Counted from the stretch's first letter, positions 32,162 through 42,206 are shown. The stretch is 64,000 bases of DNA from Sedimentisphaerales bacterium (GCA_963666285.1 OY762711.1); one strand, 5' to 3'. Program-made: numbers and translations. Notes: generated by a model not told the origin, from the letters alone.

Positions 32162-33358
32162 ATGACAGCAGATCTTAACAGCTTCACTTTCGCTACTATC
32201 AGACCGGAAGAAGGCATAAAGACTGTACTCAAAAAAAATAGTACAGATATCATAGAAATGTTAAAAGAATCCAGGCTTAAAGGACGCGGGGGCGCCGGTT
32301 TTCCTACTGCTCTGAAATGGGAATTGGCTGCTAACGCTGAACGTGAGCCTAAATATGTAGTATGTAACGCCGATGAAGGCGAACCTGGAACTTTCAAAGA
32401 CAGGTTCATTCTCAATCATTTCCCCGACCTCGTTATTGCCGGCATGACTATCGGTGCTATGGCTATCGGCTCAGAAAAAGGCGTTATTTACCTCAGGGGT
32501 GAATACTCTTATCTAAGAAATCACCTGGAATATGTACTTAAAACCAGACGCGAAACCGGGCTTCTCGGTGAAAATATCTTCGGCCGGAAAGGGCTGAATT
32601 TCGACGTTGAAATCAGAATGGGCGTCGGCGCTTACGTATGCGGCGAAGAAACCTGCCTGATCGAATCTCTTGAAGGATATCGCGGCGAAGCTAGAAACAG
32701 ACCTCCTTTCCCGGTCAACGCAGGATTCATGGGCAATTCTACCATCGTCAACAACGTTGAAACTTTTGCCTGGGTTACCAGTATCGCTGATAAAGGTGTT
32801 GACTGGTTCAAAAATATCGGAACCGATAAATCCAGCGGACTGAAATTATTCAGCGTATCCGGCGACTGCGAAAAACCTGGTATCTATGAATTCCCTATGG
32901 GAATCACCATCGAAGAACTTCTCAAAACCGTTGGTGCTGAAAATACCAAGGCCGTTCAGGTTGGCGGTGCTTCCGGGTGCTGCATTCCCGCTGCCGAATT
33001 CAACAGGACACTTGCTTTTGAAGACTGCTCTACTGGCGGCTCTATTATCGTTTTCGGCCAACACAGGGACATGCTCGAAGTAGCTGAAAACTTTCTCGAT
33101 TTCTTCGCCGAAGAATCCTGCGGACAATGCACCCCATGCAGGGAAGGCAATGTCAAACTGCTTGAAGGAGTTAAACTACTTAGGGAAGGTAAATGCCCTA
33201 TGAGATACCTGCAGGAACTATGCAGCCTCGGTGAAACTATGCAATTGGCTTCTAAATGCGGCTTAGGGCAATCCAGTCCTAATGCATTCCTGTCTATAGT
33301 TAAAAATTTCAAATCTGAAATTATGGGTCGTAAATCATCAAATGCTATTGCTGGATAA
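32162..33358 (+). CDS. hydB: [FeFe]-hydrogenase NuoF-like NAD(H)/FMN subunit, short form
   Basis: GRGGAGFPT, CNADEGEPGTFKD, GAYVCGEET, GGASG, ESCGQCTPCREG...KCGLG; no C-terminal 2x[4Fe-4S] domain. Confidence 0.9.
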   Translation: MTADLNSFTFATIRPEEGIKTVLKKNSTDIIEMLKESRLKGRGGAGFPTALKWELAANAEREPKYVVCNADEGEPGTFKDRFILNHFPDLVIAGMTIGAMAIGSEKGVIYLRGEYSYLRNHLEYVLKTRRETGLLGENIFGRKGLNFDVEIRMGVGAYVCGEETCLIESLEGYRGEARNRPPFPVNAGFMGNSTIVNNVETFAWVTSIADKGVDWFKNIGTDKSSGLKLFSVSGDCEKPGIYEFPMGITIEELLKTVGAENTKAVQVGGASGCCIPAAEFNRTLAFEDCSTGGSIIVFGQHRDMLEVAENFLDFFAEESCGQCTPCREGNVKLLEGVKLLREGKCPMRYLQELCSLGETMQLASKCGLGQSSPNAFLSIVKNFKSEIMGRKSSNAIAG

Positions 33359-33376
33359 GCATGAAAGGGTACAAAA

Positions 33377-35293
33377 ATGATACAGAGAATATTCAATAAA
33401 AATAAAGCTACGGCGAGTGAAGCTGTTGAAACCGTTCAGCAAGTTAGCAAACAGCAGACTGAAACTATTCATGTCACTATCGATGGCAAACCTATCGACG
33501 TTGAGCCTAGAACTACTATTCTTGATGCCGCTAAAAGACTTGGTATTCGCATACCTACTCTTTGCCATCATGAAGACCTTTGTAAAGCTGGCGTTTGCCG
33601 TGTTTGCCTCGTTGAAATCGAAGGTGCTCGCACTCTCGAAGCTTCTTGCTCATATCCTATTACTCGTCCGCTTACTATTCATACTCATACCAGGAAAGTT
33701 CGCAAGGCTCGCAGACATATCATCGACCTTATGCTTTCCAGTCACTATGGCGAATGCTATAGCTGTACCAGGAATAACAATTGTGAACTGCAGGCTCTGG
33801 CCAAAGAGTATGGCGTTGACTCGTTCAGGTTCGGTCATCTCGAGAAACCTCGCTACGAAATTGACAGCTCCAGTTATAGCGTTGTCCGCGATATGAACAA
33901 ATGTATTCTGTGTCGCAGATGTGTTAATACCTGTAGCGAACTCCAGGGCGTAGGCGTGCTTGGCGTTGCTAACCGTGGTGCTGATACTAAAATCACTGCT
34001 TTTGCCGACAAACCACTCGCTAATGTTGTTTGTATCAACTGCGGTCAGTGTATCAATCGCTGCCCTACCGGCGCACTTAAATCTAACGACTCTACCGACG
34101 AAATATGGAATGCTATCGACAATCCTGAAAAACATGTTGTTATCCAGACTGCTCCCGCGCCGCGTGCCAGTATCGCAGAATGTTTCGGCATGGAACCGGG
34201 CACTCCGCTTACCTTCGAGATGAACTCTGCTCTCAGGCTTTGCGGTTTCGACAAAGTTTTCGATACCAACTTCACCGCTGACCTCACTATCATCGAAGAA
34301 GGTACCGAACTGCTCATGAGACTATACAAGGCTCTCGTCGAAAAAGATGAATCCGCGGTTCTGCCTCAGTTCACGAGCTGTTCTCCTGGCTGGATCAAAT
34401 ACATCGAACATTTCTACCCTGAAATGCTCGGCCATGTATCTTCTGCCAAGAGCCCGCAGCAGATGTTCGGTGCTGTTATCAAAACATTCTATGCTAAAAA
34501 GCATAATATCGACCCTAAAGATATCGTTACTGTCGCTCTTATGCCTTGTACCGCTAAGAAATTCGAATGTAACAGGCCGGAAATGAACGACAGCGGATAC
34601 AAAGACGTCGACTATGGCGTTACCACCCGCGAACTCGCTCAGATGATCAAGGAATCAGGCATTCACCTGCCTGACATGCAGAAATCTGATTTCGATAATC
34701 CGTTCGGCAGTGCTACCGGCTCAGGCGTTATCTTCGCTGCTAGCGGTGGCGTTATGGAAGCTGCTCTCAGAACTGTTATCGAACTGGTTATGGGCGTCAA
34801 GGTCGAAAACGTATTCGAACATGCCGACATCCTTCCGGTTCGTGGTTTCAAGGGTATCAAGATGGCAGAACTCAAAATCGAAAACGTCGGCCCTGTTCCT
34901 GATATTCTTAAGATGCACTTCAAAAACTGGGACTGGCTCAAAGGTGCTACCCTTAAAGTGGCTATCGCCCACGGCACTGCTAACGCAAAACTCGTTCTGG
35001 AAGACATCAAAAACGGCGGCGAATTCAGCCAATGTCACTTTATCGAATTCATGGCTTGTCCGGGCGGTTGCCTCGGTGGCGGCGGTCAGCCAAGACCAAC
35101 TAATGCTGACATTCGGAAAGCTCGTGCCAAAGCAATTTATGCTGAAGACACGGCATATAATGTCCGGAAATCGCACGAAAATCCTGCTGTCGCAGAATTG
35201 TACACAAAATTCCTCACTGATGGACCTTGTGGGAAACGTAGCCACAAACTTCTTCATACTCACTATACATCAAGAGGTAAATTTATTCCGTAA
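33377..35293 (+). CDS. hydA: [FeFe]-hydrogenase catalytic subunit (group A)
   Basis: H-cluster motifs TSCSPGW, MPCTAKKFE, EFMACPGGCLGGGGQP; N-terminal 2Fe-2S, His-ligated and 2x4Fe-4S domains; C-terminal HKLLHTHY. Confidence 0.95.
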   Translation: MIQRIFNKNKATASEAVETVQQVSKQQTETIHVTIDGKPIDVEPRTTILDAAKRLGIRIPTLCHHEDLCKAGVCRVCLVEIEGARTLEASCSYPITRPLTIHTHTRKVRKARRHIIDLMLSSHYGECYSCTRNNNCELQALAKEYGVDSFRFGHLEKPRYEIDSSSYSVVRDMNKCILCRRCVNTCSELQGVGVLGVANRGADTKITAFADKPLANVVCINCGQCINRCPTGALKSNDSTDEIWNAIDNPEKHVVIQTAPAPRASIAECFGMEPGTPLTFEMNSALRLCGFDKVFDTNFTADLTIIEEGTELLMRLYKALVEKDESAVLPQFTSCSPGWIKYIEHFYPEMLGHVSSAKSPQQMFGAVIKTFYAKKHNIDPKDIVTVALMPCTAKKFECNRPEMNDSGYKDVDYGVTTRELAQMIKESGIHLPDMQKSDFDNPFGSATGSGVIFAASGGVMEAALRTVIELVMGVKVENVFEHADILPVRGFKGIKMAELKIENVGPVPDILKMHFKNWDWLKGATLKVAIAHGTANAKLVLEDIKNGGEFSQCHFIEFMACPGGCLGGGGQPRPTNADIRKARAKAIYAEDTAYNVRKSHENPAVAELYTKFLTDGPCGKRSHKLLHTHYTSRGKFIP

Positions 35294-35355
35294 TCTACTT
35301 GCTCCTCTCCTGGAACCTCTTTTTAAAGATGTTCATAATGTTGAGCCTTTAAGCG

Positions 35356-35387
35356 AAAAGCCTTGTCTTTCACGACAAGGCTTTTTT
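35356..35387 (+). terminator. Intrinsic terminator of hyd operon
   Basis: aaaagccttgtc-tttcac-gacaaggctttttt. Confidence 0.85.
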
Positions 35388-35942
35388 CATACCTATCTGC
35401 ACCAAACATCACATCATCGACACCTTTATATATTCGTATTCCTTACCACCGATCTACCACATACCGCAGTAGGATAATCAGCTTTTTTGACTTTATCAAT
35501 GTTTTTAACATATGTATCATAATACGTTATGTCATTATTAAATTCTCCTCAAAGAATCTTTTACGACTTTTTCTGCCATTAATATTTAAGTAAAAAAAAG
35601 GTTTACCTTTATTTTGATGCCACATTATATCAGTAATCAATGCATTTTCACGAGACGCTTTTAGTAGGTGAAATGATCATCGCCGGTGAAGTTGCCCCGA
35701 CTGTCGTGAACACGCGGGATTACCAGGCTGCTTAAACGCTCTTCCTCTATTTCAATAAAATCTATGAGAACAGAAGATTAGCTGTATTCGCCGTCGATTT
35801 GTTCGCTGCCGGAAAATATTCACTCTTTCCAGGTAAATGAATTTCTGAATTTAACAATTTCTGCTTTGTTTAAAATGCCAGGCTTAAACATATCTCTATA
35901 TATACCGACAGGTTAAACAAATACACGCCAATAATTACTACT

Positions 35943-36897
35943 TTAAATCTCAGTACCAAGAACCAACACATTGGGTAAGTTTTCTTTTAAATATTCATAA
36001 CCATATTTTGTGATAGCTGTTCTTTCTACATTTAAACTTTTAAGGTTTGGAAAAGAAATAAGATTCTGTATTGATTTATCTGTAATAATAGTTCCATCTA
36101 AACCAAGATGTTCAATTTTTTTATTATTTACTAACAAACCAACGCCTTTATCTGTCAAATGGGTATCACTTAGAATCAATTTATACAGTCTTTTTAATTG
36201 GCTAAAATCCTTCAATGCATCATCATCAATATCAAGTTGGCTAATAAACAACATCTCTATTCGTTTGAAACTAGATACTATTTTTACCCCCCTCATTTGA
36301 AACTTTAGTTCCAGAAATCCCCAACTCATAAAACTCGACAGTTCTCTTTGCCATTTCCGCCAAAGCAATATCACAAAAGTCTGTCTTGTTTAATCTTAGG
36401 TAATTCAGACCGTACAAAACACTGTTTAGCTTCAATATACCATGAGATGATATGCTGTTTTTTGACAAGGTTAAAGCTTTTAGATTTGAAAGATCACATA
36501 AATAATCTAACCCTTCATCAGTAAATATGTTTTCATTTAACCAAATATCTTCTACTGATATTATCTTTCCAACATAAGCCAATCCGCTATTACTTAGATT
36601 AACATTACCTAAATCCAATAATTTCATATCAACTGATTCTAGATATTTCAAATCATCTTCATCAAACCGTGAGTCGTGCAGGAAGACGGATTCAACTTTA
36701 TTTAATTTTGAAATCACTTCAAAAATGGTTCTATCAATTTGACAATTTTCTAAATGGATAGATCCAATAGCATGGTATTTTCGTCTACCTGGTAACCCCC
36801 ACATATCAGGCTCTTTGAGATTATGTATAACCTCAATATAACCACCGGCAGACTCAACTGCATTTCTAACTTCTTTTAATACTTTTTTATCTTCCAT
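35943..36897 (-). pseudogene. Leucine-rich repeat protein split by a 1-nt frameshift in a G6 run (possible RHS immunity protein)
   Basis: ORFs 36271-36897 and 35943-36374 both carry LxxLxLxxTxITDxG repeats. Removing one G at 36287-36292 joins ...TKVSNEG to VKIVSSFK... giving 317 aa. Confidence 0.8.
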
Positions 36898-36968
36898 AAA
36901 TCTCCAAGCATTTGAAAATACTAATATAGACCTTGATTAATATCATCTTCAAGACCTATATAATTATT

Positions 36969-37490
36969 TCAATATGTTACACTTGACCTATAATAACCAT
37001 TTCCAATCCCATCCAGAAACATATTGCCAAGAATTACACCTTCACCAAACCCCAATCCGTGAATTTCTTCAGCAGACAGCATGAATTTAGATTTTACTAT
37101 ATACATATCATTTCCAGCAATTTGACTATAGGTCTCTGTTATCTCAACATCATAATATGTAACCCTATCATAATATTCACGTGATGCGGTCGAGGTTGAC
37201 AGCGGGAACATCGAGACGCATTTTTGGAACATCTACTGTGCCGGTATAGTCGTAAGCTTTGCCTGCCCTGTTGAATTGTAATAGAGCTTTTCGATGACAT
37301 TCCCGGCAGTGTCGGCCACACCGACTATTGTGCCGCGATCATCGCGAATCGGAACATAACCAAATATCTGACCCGGGCAATCCGAATCATCATACCGTTC
37401 AACCAAAGCCAGATCAGTCAGTCCCTGACCATAATAGTAACGGGAGAGGAGCAGATTGTCAATGAGACTATATTCTATGAGGATCCAATC
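36969..37490 (-). pseudogene. RHS core remnant and possible C-terminal tip fragment
   Basis: Manual translation of 37490-37236 gives ...SRYYYGQGLTDLALVERY...YVPIRDDRGTIVGVADTAGNVIEKLYYNSTGQ, resembling the RHS core. No start codon; in-frame TAG, then the 87-aa ORF. Confidence 0.6.
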
Positions 37491-37714
37491 TATCTACATA
37501 CCGAATAAATATTTAAAATACAGACAAAATCAATGGACAAACTATCTCGCCCTAAGCGCGTATAACCAAGTCTTTGGCTCCGCCGACAACACACTTTTGA
37601 GAACACCGAGCGAAATGTAATCCGCCTCAGGCGGAGCTCACCACATACCGGCACCAGACAGCCGTCCCCGTTGAAAATCTTGAACTCGTCGATAACCCTG
37701 AGCATAATACAACC

Positions 37715-37838
37715 GTCGCGATAGCGACACCTTCACATCATTGGACTTATCCAATGATGTGCCCCAGTGCGCAGCACGTATTTCCTCTTCTCTGGCTTAC
37801 TGGTAGCTGGTTGCTGATAGCTCGTTGCTATTTCGCTG
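37715..37838. repeat. REP-like composite repeat, copy 1
   Basis: 37715-37778 matches 39625-39688 (60/64) and 37806-37838 matches 39706-39738 (32/33); contains the 12-bp hairpin cacatcattgga/tccaatgatgtg. Confidence 0.85.
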
Positions 37839-38023
37839 CTCATCTGTTCTAATTTTAAACAAGCTGTGAGCGACAGCGAATTATTCCTGATGTCAACGTA
37901 CATCAGGACACCTGTCAAGTCCTGATTTAAAGTTGTCACTTTCCGTTTCTATTTACTATTGTTTTTTGATGATATATTCCGTAGTGCAGGGAGCCCGAAG
38001 GGCGACCGGAACGGAGGAATATA

Positions 38024-38809
38024 TCACGCCGCCATATGCACTTCCTCAGGCACACGATATCCCAAAGCAAAATGTGGACGACAGGTATTATACAGTTCTA
38101 TCGCCTGTTTAACCGCAGCATGAACATGAGCTTTTTTCTTAAACGTATTCTTCAATCCATACTCGTGCTTCAATATACCGTTTAACCTCTCGGCCTGGGC
38201 ATTCTCATAACAATGATTATCTTCGGTCATACTAACTCGCAGCCCATTTCTTTTAAGCTTATCTATATATCTATGGCAGCAATACTGACTGCCACGATCT
38301 GAATGATGTATCGTATTACTACCTTTGGGCAATTGCTTTATCGCCTTTGTTAATGCACGCAAACAACCTTCTGCTTCCAAACTATCACTACAGTCATAGC
38401 CAACTATCTTGCGACTAAATGCATCCATTATCAACGACAGATACATAAATCCTTCATCTGTATATATGTACGTTATATCACTTACCAGGGCCTGATTGGC
38501 TCCTGTAAGCTCTTCATCTTTCAGTATATTCTTATAAGTCTTAAAGTTATGACGACTGTCTGTCGTTGTCACACTTCGCTTTTTACGCTCTATCAACATA
38601 TCTGCTTCTGACATCGTTTCATAAAATCTATCTCGCCCTATACTAATACCGGCTTTTGCCAGTTTGGGCTTTATACGCTTCAAAACCTTTCTGCAACCCA
38701 TCTCAGGCTGCAATGATCTTTCCAGCCTGGCCAAAGATATTATCAGGTCTTTTTCATAGTGCCGCCTGCGCCGAACTTTATGTGATTTATAATAATTCTG
38801 ACGACTCAT
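38024..38809 (-). CDS. IS3 transposase OrfB (DDE/rve)
   Basis: VSDITYI, HHSDRGSQY, ENAQAERLNGILKHE, YNTCRPH. Confidence 0.93.
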   Translation of the reverse strand: MSRQNYYKSHKVRRRRHYEKDLIISLARLERSLQPEMGCRKVLKRIKPKLAKAGISIGRDRFYETMSEADMLIERKKRSVTTTDSRHNFKTYKNILKDEELTGANQALVSDITYIYTDEGFMYLSLIMDAFSRKIVGYDCSDSLEAEGCLRALTKAIKQLPKGSNTIHHSDRGSQYCCHRYIDKLKRNGLRVSMTEDNHCYENAQAERLNGILKHEYGLKNTFKKKAHVHAAVKQAIELYNTCRPHFALGYRVPEEVHMAA

Positions 38810-38838
38810 GCCAACAGCTTTGCATAAGGAAGTTATCG

Positions 38839-39258
38839 CTATTTTTTCCTCTTTCTTTTCAACGGTTGCCTCGGACGCTTGTTGAACCGTTTGGTATCGA
38901 CTTTTTTTTTATACTCCTCGGGATCCAGCCCGTATTCTTTACAAATAACCTGAAACCTGGCTTCACTTACAATATTCTCTATATGGCTGTCTGCTAACGC
39001 TTCTTTAAGCTGCTTAATCTCTGATTCTAACTTCTTTACATGATCTTGTTCATCTAGTTTTTCCACGCGTATCACCTTTGGTATCAAATGGTTACGGCCA
39101 TATTTTCTTAGCCAACTCTTTACTGTTGTTGTACCAGAAATCCCATAGCGGGAATTAGCCTCATAAATACTGCTTAGCTTACCAGATTCAAGATCATTTA
39201 CCACCTGTAATTTAAAGGCTTCGCTGTAGCGATTATAAGTTCGTTTACTTACCAACAT
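38839..39258 (-). CDS. IS3 transposase OrfA (HTH)
   Basis: RYSEAFKLQVV...YGI...TVKSWLRKYG; A9G slippery run at 38901-38910 whose -1 frame is open into orfB. Confidence 0.88.
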   Translation of the reverse strand: MLVSKRTYNRYSEAFKLQVVNDLESGKLSSIYEANSRYGISGTTTVKSWLRKYGRNHLIPKVIRVEKLDEQDHVKKLESEIKQLKEALADSHIENIVSEARFQVICKEYGLDPEEYKKKVDTKRFNKRPRQPLKRKRKK

Positions 39259-39324
39259 TGTTGTCTCCTGTTATTTGTTAAAACATTAAATCTATAATGT
39301 GACAACTTATCACAGGACCAGACA

Positions 39325-40090
39325 ACCTCCTTTACACCTTTTATTTTACCCTTTACACTTTGATGCCGCTTCGCGGCATCTGGTCCGCCCACAAACCAAA
39401 AATAACAACTTACAACAATTCCCGCAAAATCCCCTCTCCGCCGCAACTCTTTCCTAACCCCACCACGCACTTATTATTACATCCCCGCAACCTTCAATAT
39501 CATTCCGTTTTTTAACATCTCCTTCACCCAGCCACTCTCACTTAATATGATAATTAGTCTCGCCGAAGGCGACACCTTCACACCTGGAAACGCTTAGCAC
39601 AAACTCGGCACATTATTTAAACAGGTCGCGTAAGCGACACCTTCACATCATTGGACTTGTCCAATGGTGTGCCCCAGTGCGCAGCACGAAGTTAATATAC
39701 TGACCGCTGGTCGCTGATAGCTCGTTGCTATTTCGCTGTTCTAATCTCTAACGACCTCCGGTCGCTCGGCGTCAGCTTTAAAATAAGGTCCTGTACCGTA
39801 CGGTACAAGACACCTCAACTCTTACCTCTTACCTTTAACCTCTTACTTTATCTGCCTCCCGCGTTTCCGCTTCGTCTCCGTGTTTGGGCTTCCGCACCCT
39901 TTCAACGTTCCGCCGTATACTGCCCGCAGCCCGCAATTCGCCGCCGTTCAAATCCGTTACCCTTTCCATCGCCGTCCCACCGCCGCGCAGTCTCCGTTCC
40001 AAACCGCACACCTCCCGTCACCCATCAATTACCCGCGAGCGGTAGCGAGCAACCTTCCCTGACACCTGAAACCAGATCCCTGGCCCCTGA
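39325..40090. repeat. REP-like hairpin and heptamer repeat cluster (includes copy 2 of the composite repeat)
   Basis: Hairpins ending in GACACCT at 39571, 39636 and 39809; gatgccgcttcgcggcatc; heptamers ttacctc/ttacctt/taacctc; extremely C-rich on the + strand. Confidence 0.7.
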
Positions 40091-40436
40091 TTTTCTCGAA
40101 AAAATCACCGCGTTTTTACAACCACCAAATCGCGAAAATCTAAATTTTCCAAAATATTTATCCCGCTTACTACAAACACCTTACAATTTTTCGGGCCAAC
40201 CATCCCGCCCAAAAAACCAGCGCACTTTCGACATACCATCCAATAGTAGAGAGCCGACAAAAAATGAGTACCAGCAAAAATTCGCTCTCGATAAAACAAA
40301 ACAACGACGAAAACTTCGTCTTAAACATAAATTTGCTCTTTTGACAATTAAATATCGTGTATCTGCTGCTTAGAATATACCGCCCAATAGATAATGCAAA
40401 TCCTATTAGTATCAAAGTAAAACTATGCCTGTTTAG

Positions 40437-42086
40437 CTAATCTTTCCAGTTGGTAAGCCCTACACGATCCGACCATTTCTGCCATTCATCAGCAAGTTCT
40501 TTTACTTTTTCCGGATATTTACTCGCCAGATTTGTCGTTTCCGTAATATCTTTTTTGATATTATAAAGTTCCCACTTGTCAGAAGTCCCGCTAAACGCCG
40601 ATAGCTTCCATTCGCCCTTTCGTACGGCCCTGCCATTTTCGTGCTCAAAACAAATTACATCATGCCCACCTCTGGTACCGCCATTAATAATCGGCATCAA
40701 ACTTATGCCTTCAACCGGAGTGGATTTCTTGCCATTAAATTCTGTCGGATATTTAGCTTCCGCCAGCTCCAAACATGTCGGCATTATATCCATCACATGA
40801 GCAAACTGCTTTGTAATCGAACCTTTCTTTGTTTTTAAACCATCTGGCCAGTGGATGATACATGGCGTATTACAGCCGCCTTCAAATGATTCCTTCTTCC
40901 AGTATCTAAACGGCGTATTTGCTGCATTCGCCCATGCCTGACCAATACAGTTATAACTCATCTCAGAACCAAGATCTTCTAACTTTGTTTCTCTCGCATA
41001 TGGAATCTTTTTACCTTCTCTTGTATATGCCGTACGATCATAACCCGGTGCGTACATCACCTCTGGCGATGCTCCATTGTCAGCAAACAAAAATAGCACG
41101 GTATTATCATACTGACCTGATTCTTTCAACACTTCAATAAATCTGCCAATACACTGGTCAACCCTGTCAACCATAGCGGCATGAACTGCCATCTTACGGG
41201 CATTAAATTCCTGGTCTTCTTTACTTAGCTTATTCCATTTAGCGCCGCCATCCATTAGCTTTGGCTTCTTCGCCGTCTCAGGATCAAATAAACCCATCTC
41301 TATCTGACGGTTGTAACGGTCATCTCTCAGCTTCTGCCAGCCGCCCTTATATGTATCTTTATATTTTGCTATATCTTCAGGTAAAGCCATAAGCGGCCAG
41401 TGTGGAGCACAATGGGCAAAATACATAAAGAAAGGTTTATCGCTCTTACTGAAATCCTTAACATATTCAATTGCTTTATCTGTTATCGCATCTGTAAAAT
41501 AGTAATCATCCGGCACATTTTGTACTGCTTTGTGACCATCAACCAGTGAAAATGGATCAAAATAATCGATAACGCCCCAGATTACACCATAATGCCTGTC
41601 AAATCCGCGATCAATCGGATACGTTCCTTCCGGGCCAAATGGTTCATGGTCATAATGGTGGTCCAGCCATTTCTGGTGCAAATCACCTTCCAGTATGATA
41701 TTTCGCGACAAATGCCATTTACCTACCATCGCAGTATCATAACCGGCAGTTCTCAGAACTTCCGCTATAGTAGCACTATCCTTCGATAAGCTTCTGCCAT
41801 TCCTTACCAAACCCACCTGGTGTGGATACTTACCCGTTAACAGGCTGGCCCTAGTCGGGCAGCATCTGGCAGTATTATGAAACTGGGTAAACCTCAAGCC
41901 ATTCGCTGCCAGTTTATCTATGTTAGGTGTATTAATCTCACCGCCGTAACAGCCTGGATCAGAAAAACCCATATCATCAACCATCATCACAATTATATTA
42001 GGCCTGGTATCTTTAGCCGCGAAGACAATTGAATAATCAAGTAGCAGTAAACAGGCAATAATCAAAACAAATATACTTTTTTTCAT
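40437..42086 (-). CDS. Secreted Cys-type arylsulfatase (S1 family)
   Basis: RPNIIVMMVDDMG, RCCPTRASLLTG, GKWHL, APHWP, ADNG. Confidence 0.95.
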   Translation of the reverse strand: MKKSIFVLIIACLLLLDYSIVFAAKDTRPNIIVMMVDDMGFSDPGCYGGEINTPNIDKLAANGLRFTQFHNTARCCPTRASLLTGKYPHQVGLVRNGRSLSKDSATIAEVLRTAGYDTAMVGKWHLSRNIILEGDLHQKWLDHHYDHEPFGPEGTYPIDRGFDRHYGVIWGVIDYFDPFSLVDGHKAVQNVPDDYYFTDAITDKAIEYVKDFSKSDKPFFMYFAHCAPHWPLMALPEDIAKYKDTYKGGWQKLRDDRYNRQIEMGLFDPETAKKPKLMDGGAKWNKLSKEDQEFNARKMAVHAAMVDRVDQCIGRFIEVLKESGQYDNTVLFLFADNGASPEVMYAPGYDRTAYTREGKKIPYARETKLEDLGSEMSYNCIGQAWANAANTPFRYWKKESFEGGCNTPCIIHWPDGLKTKKGSITKQFAHVMDIMPTCLELAEAKYPTEFNGKKSTPVEGISLMPIINGGTRGGHDVICFEHENGRAVRKGEWKLSAFSGTSDKWELYNIKKDITETTNLASKYPEKVKELADEWQKWSDRVGLTNWKD

Positions 42087-42162
42087 AATAAGCTCTCCGA
42101 TAAAATTATAATGCGTCTTATTATATAATGTCTTCTACACCATAAAAGTAAGCTAATATTAT

Positions 42163-42206
42163 AAAAAAAGTTGTTAACAGGTATAAACAAACCCGCTAAC
42201 AACTTT
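42163..42206 (-). terminator. Intrinsic terminator after galM
   Basis: On the minus strand aaagttgttagcggg.../...ctgttaacaacttttttt. Confidence 0.65.

Larger units (their letters stand above)
37913..39324 (-). mobile_element. IS3-family insertion sequence, apparently intact (1412 bp)
   Basis: Imperfect terminal IRs TGTCAAGTCCTGATTTAAAGTTGTCAC / TGTCTGGTCCTGTGATAAGTTGTCAC; 3-bp target duplication ACC (37910-37912, 39325-39327); orfA plus orfB. Confidence 0.92.

Noticed and set aside
28159..35477. Many long antisense/alternate-frame ORFs over the GH2 and hyd genes (also over opp and ileS)
   Set aside because: Shadow ORFs caused by biased codon usage; they overlap well-supported genes.
37490..37939. 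Short ORFs 37490-37705 and 37733-37939 (also 39249-40415 and 54705-55025)
   Set aside because: They translate repeat/heptamer DNA (for example ATSYQQPATSKP) and show no coding signals.
37715..39815. CRISPR-like repeats
   Set aside because: Only two long copies, irregular spacing and no cas genes; better explained as REP-like repeats.
39930..39970. tRNA T-loop-like GTTCAAATCC followed by CCA
   Set aside because: T-stem and acceptor stem do not pair; no cloverleaf.
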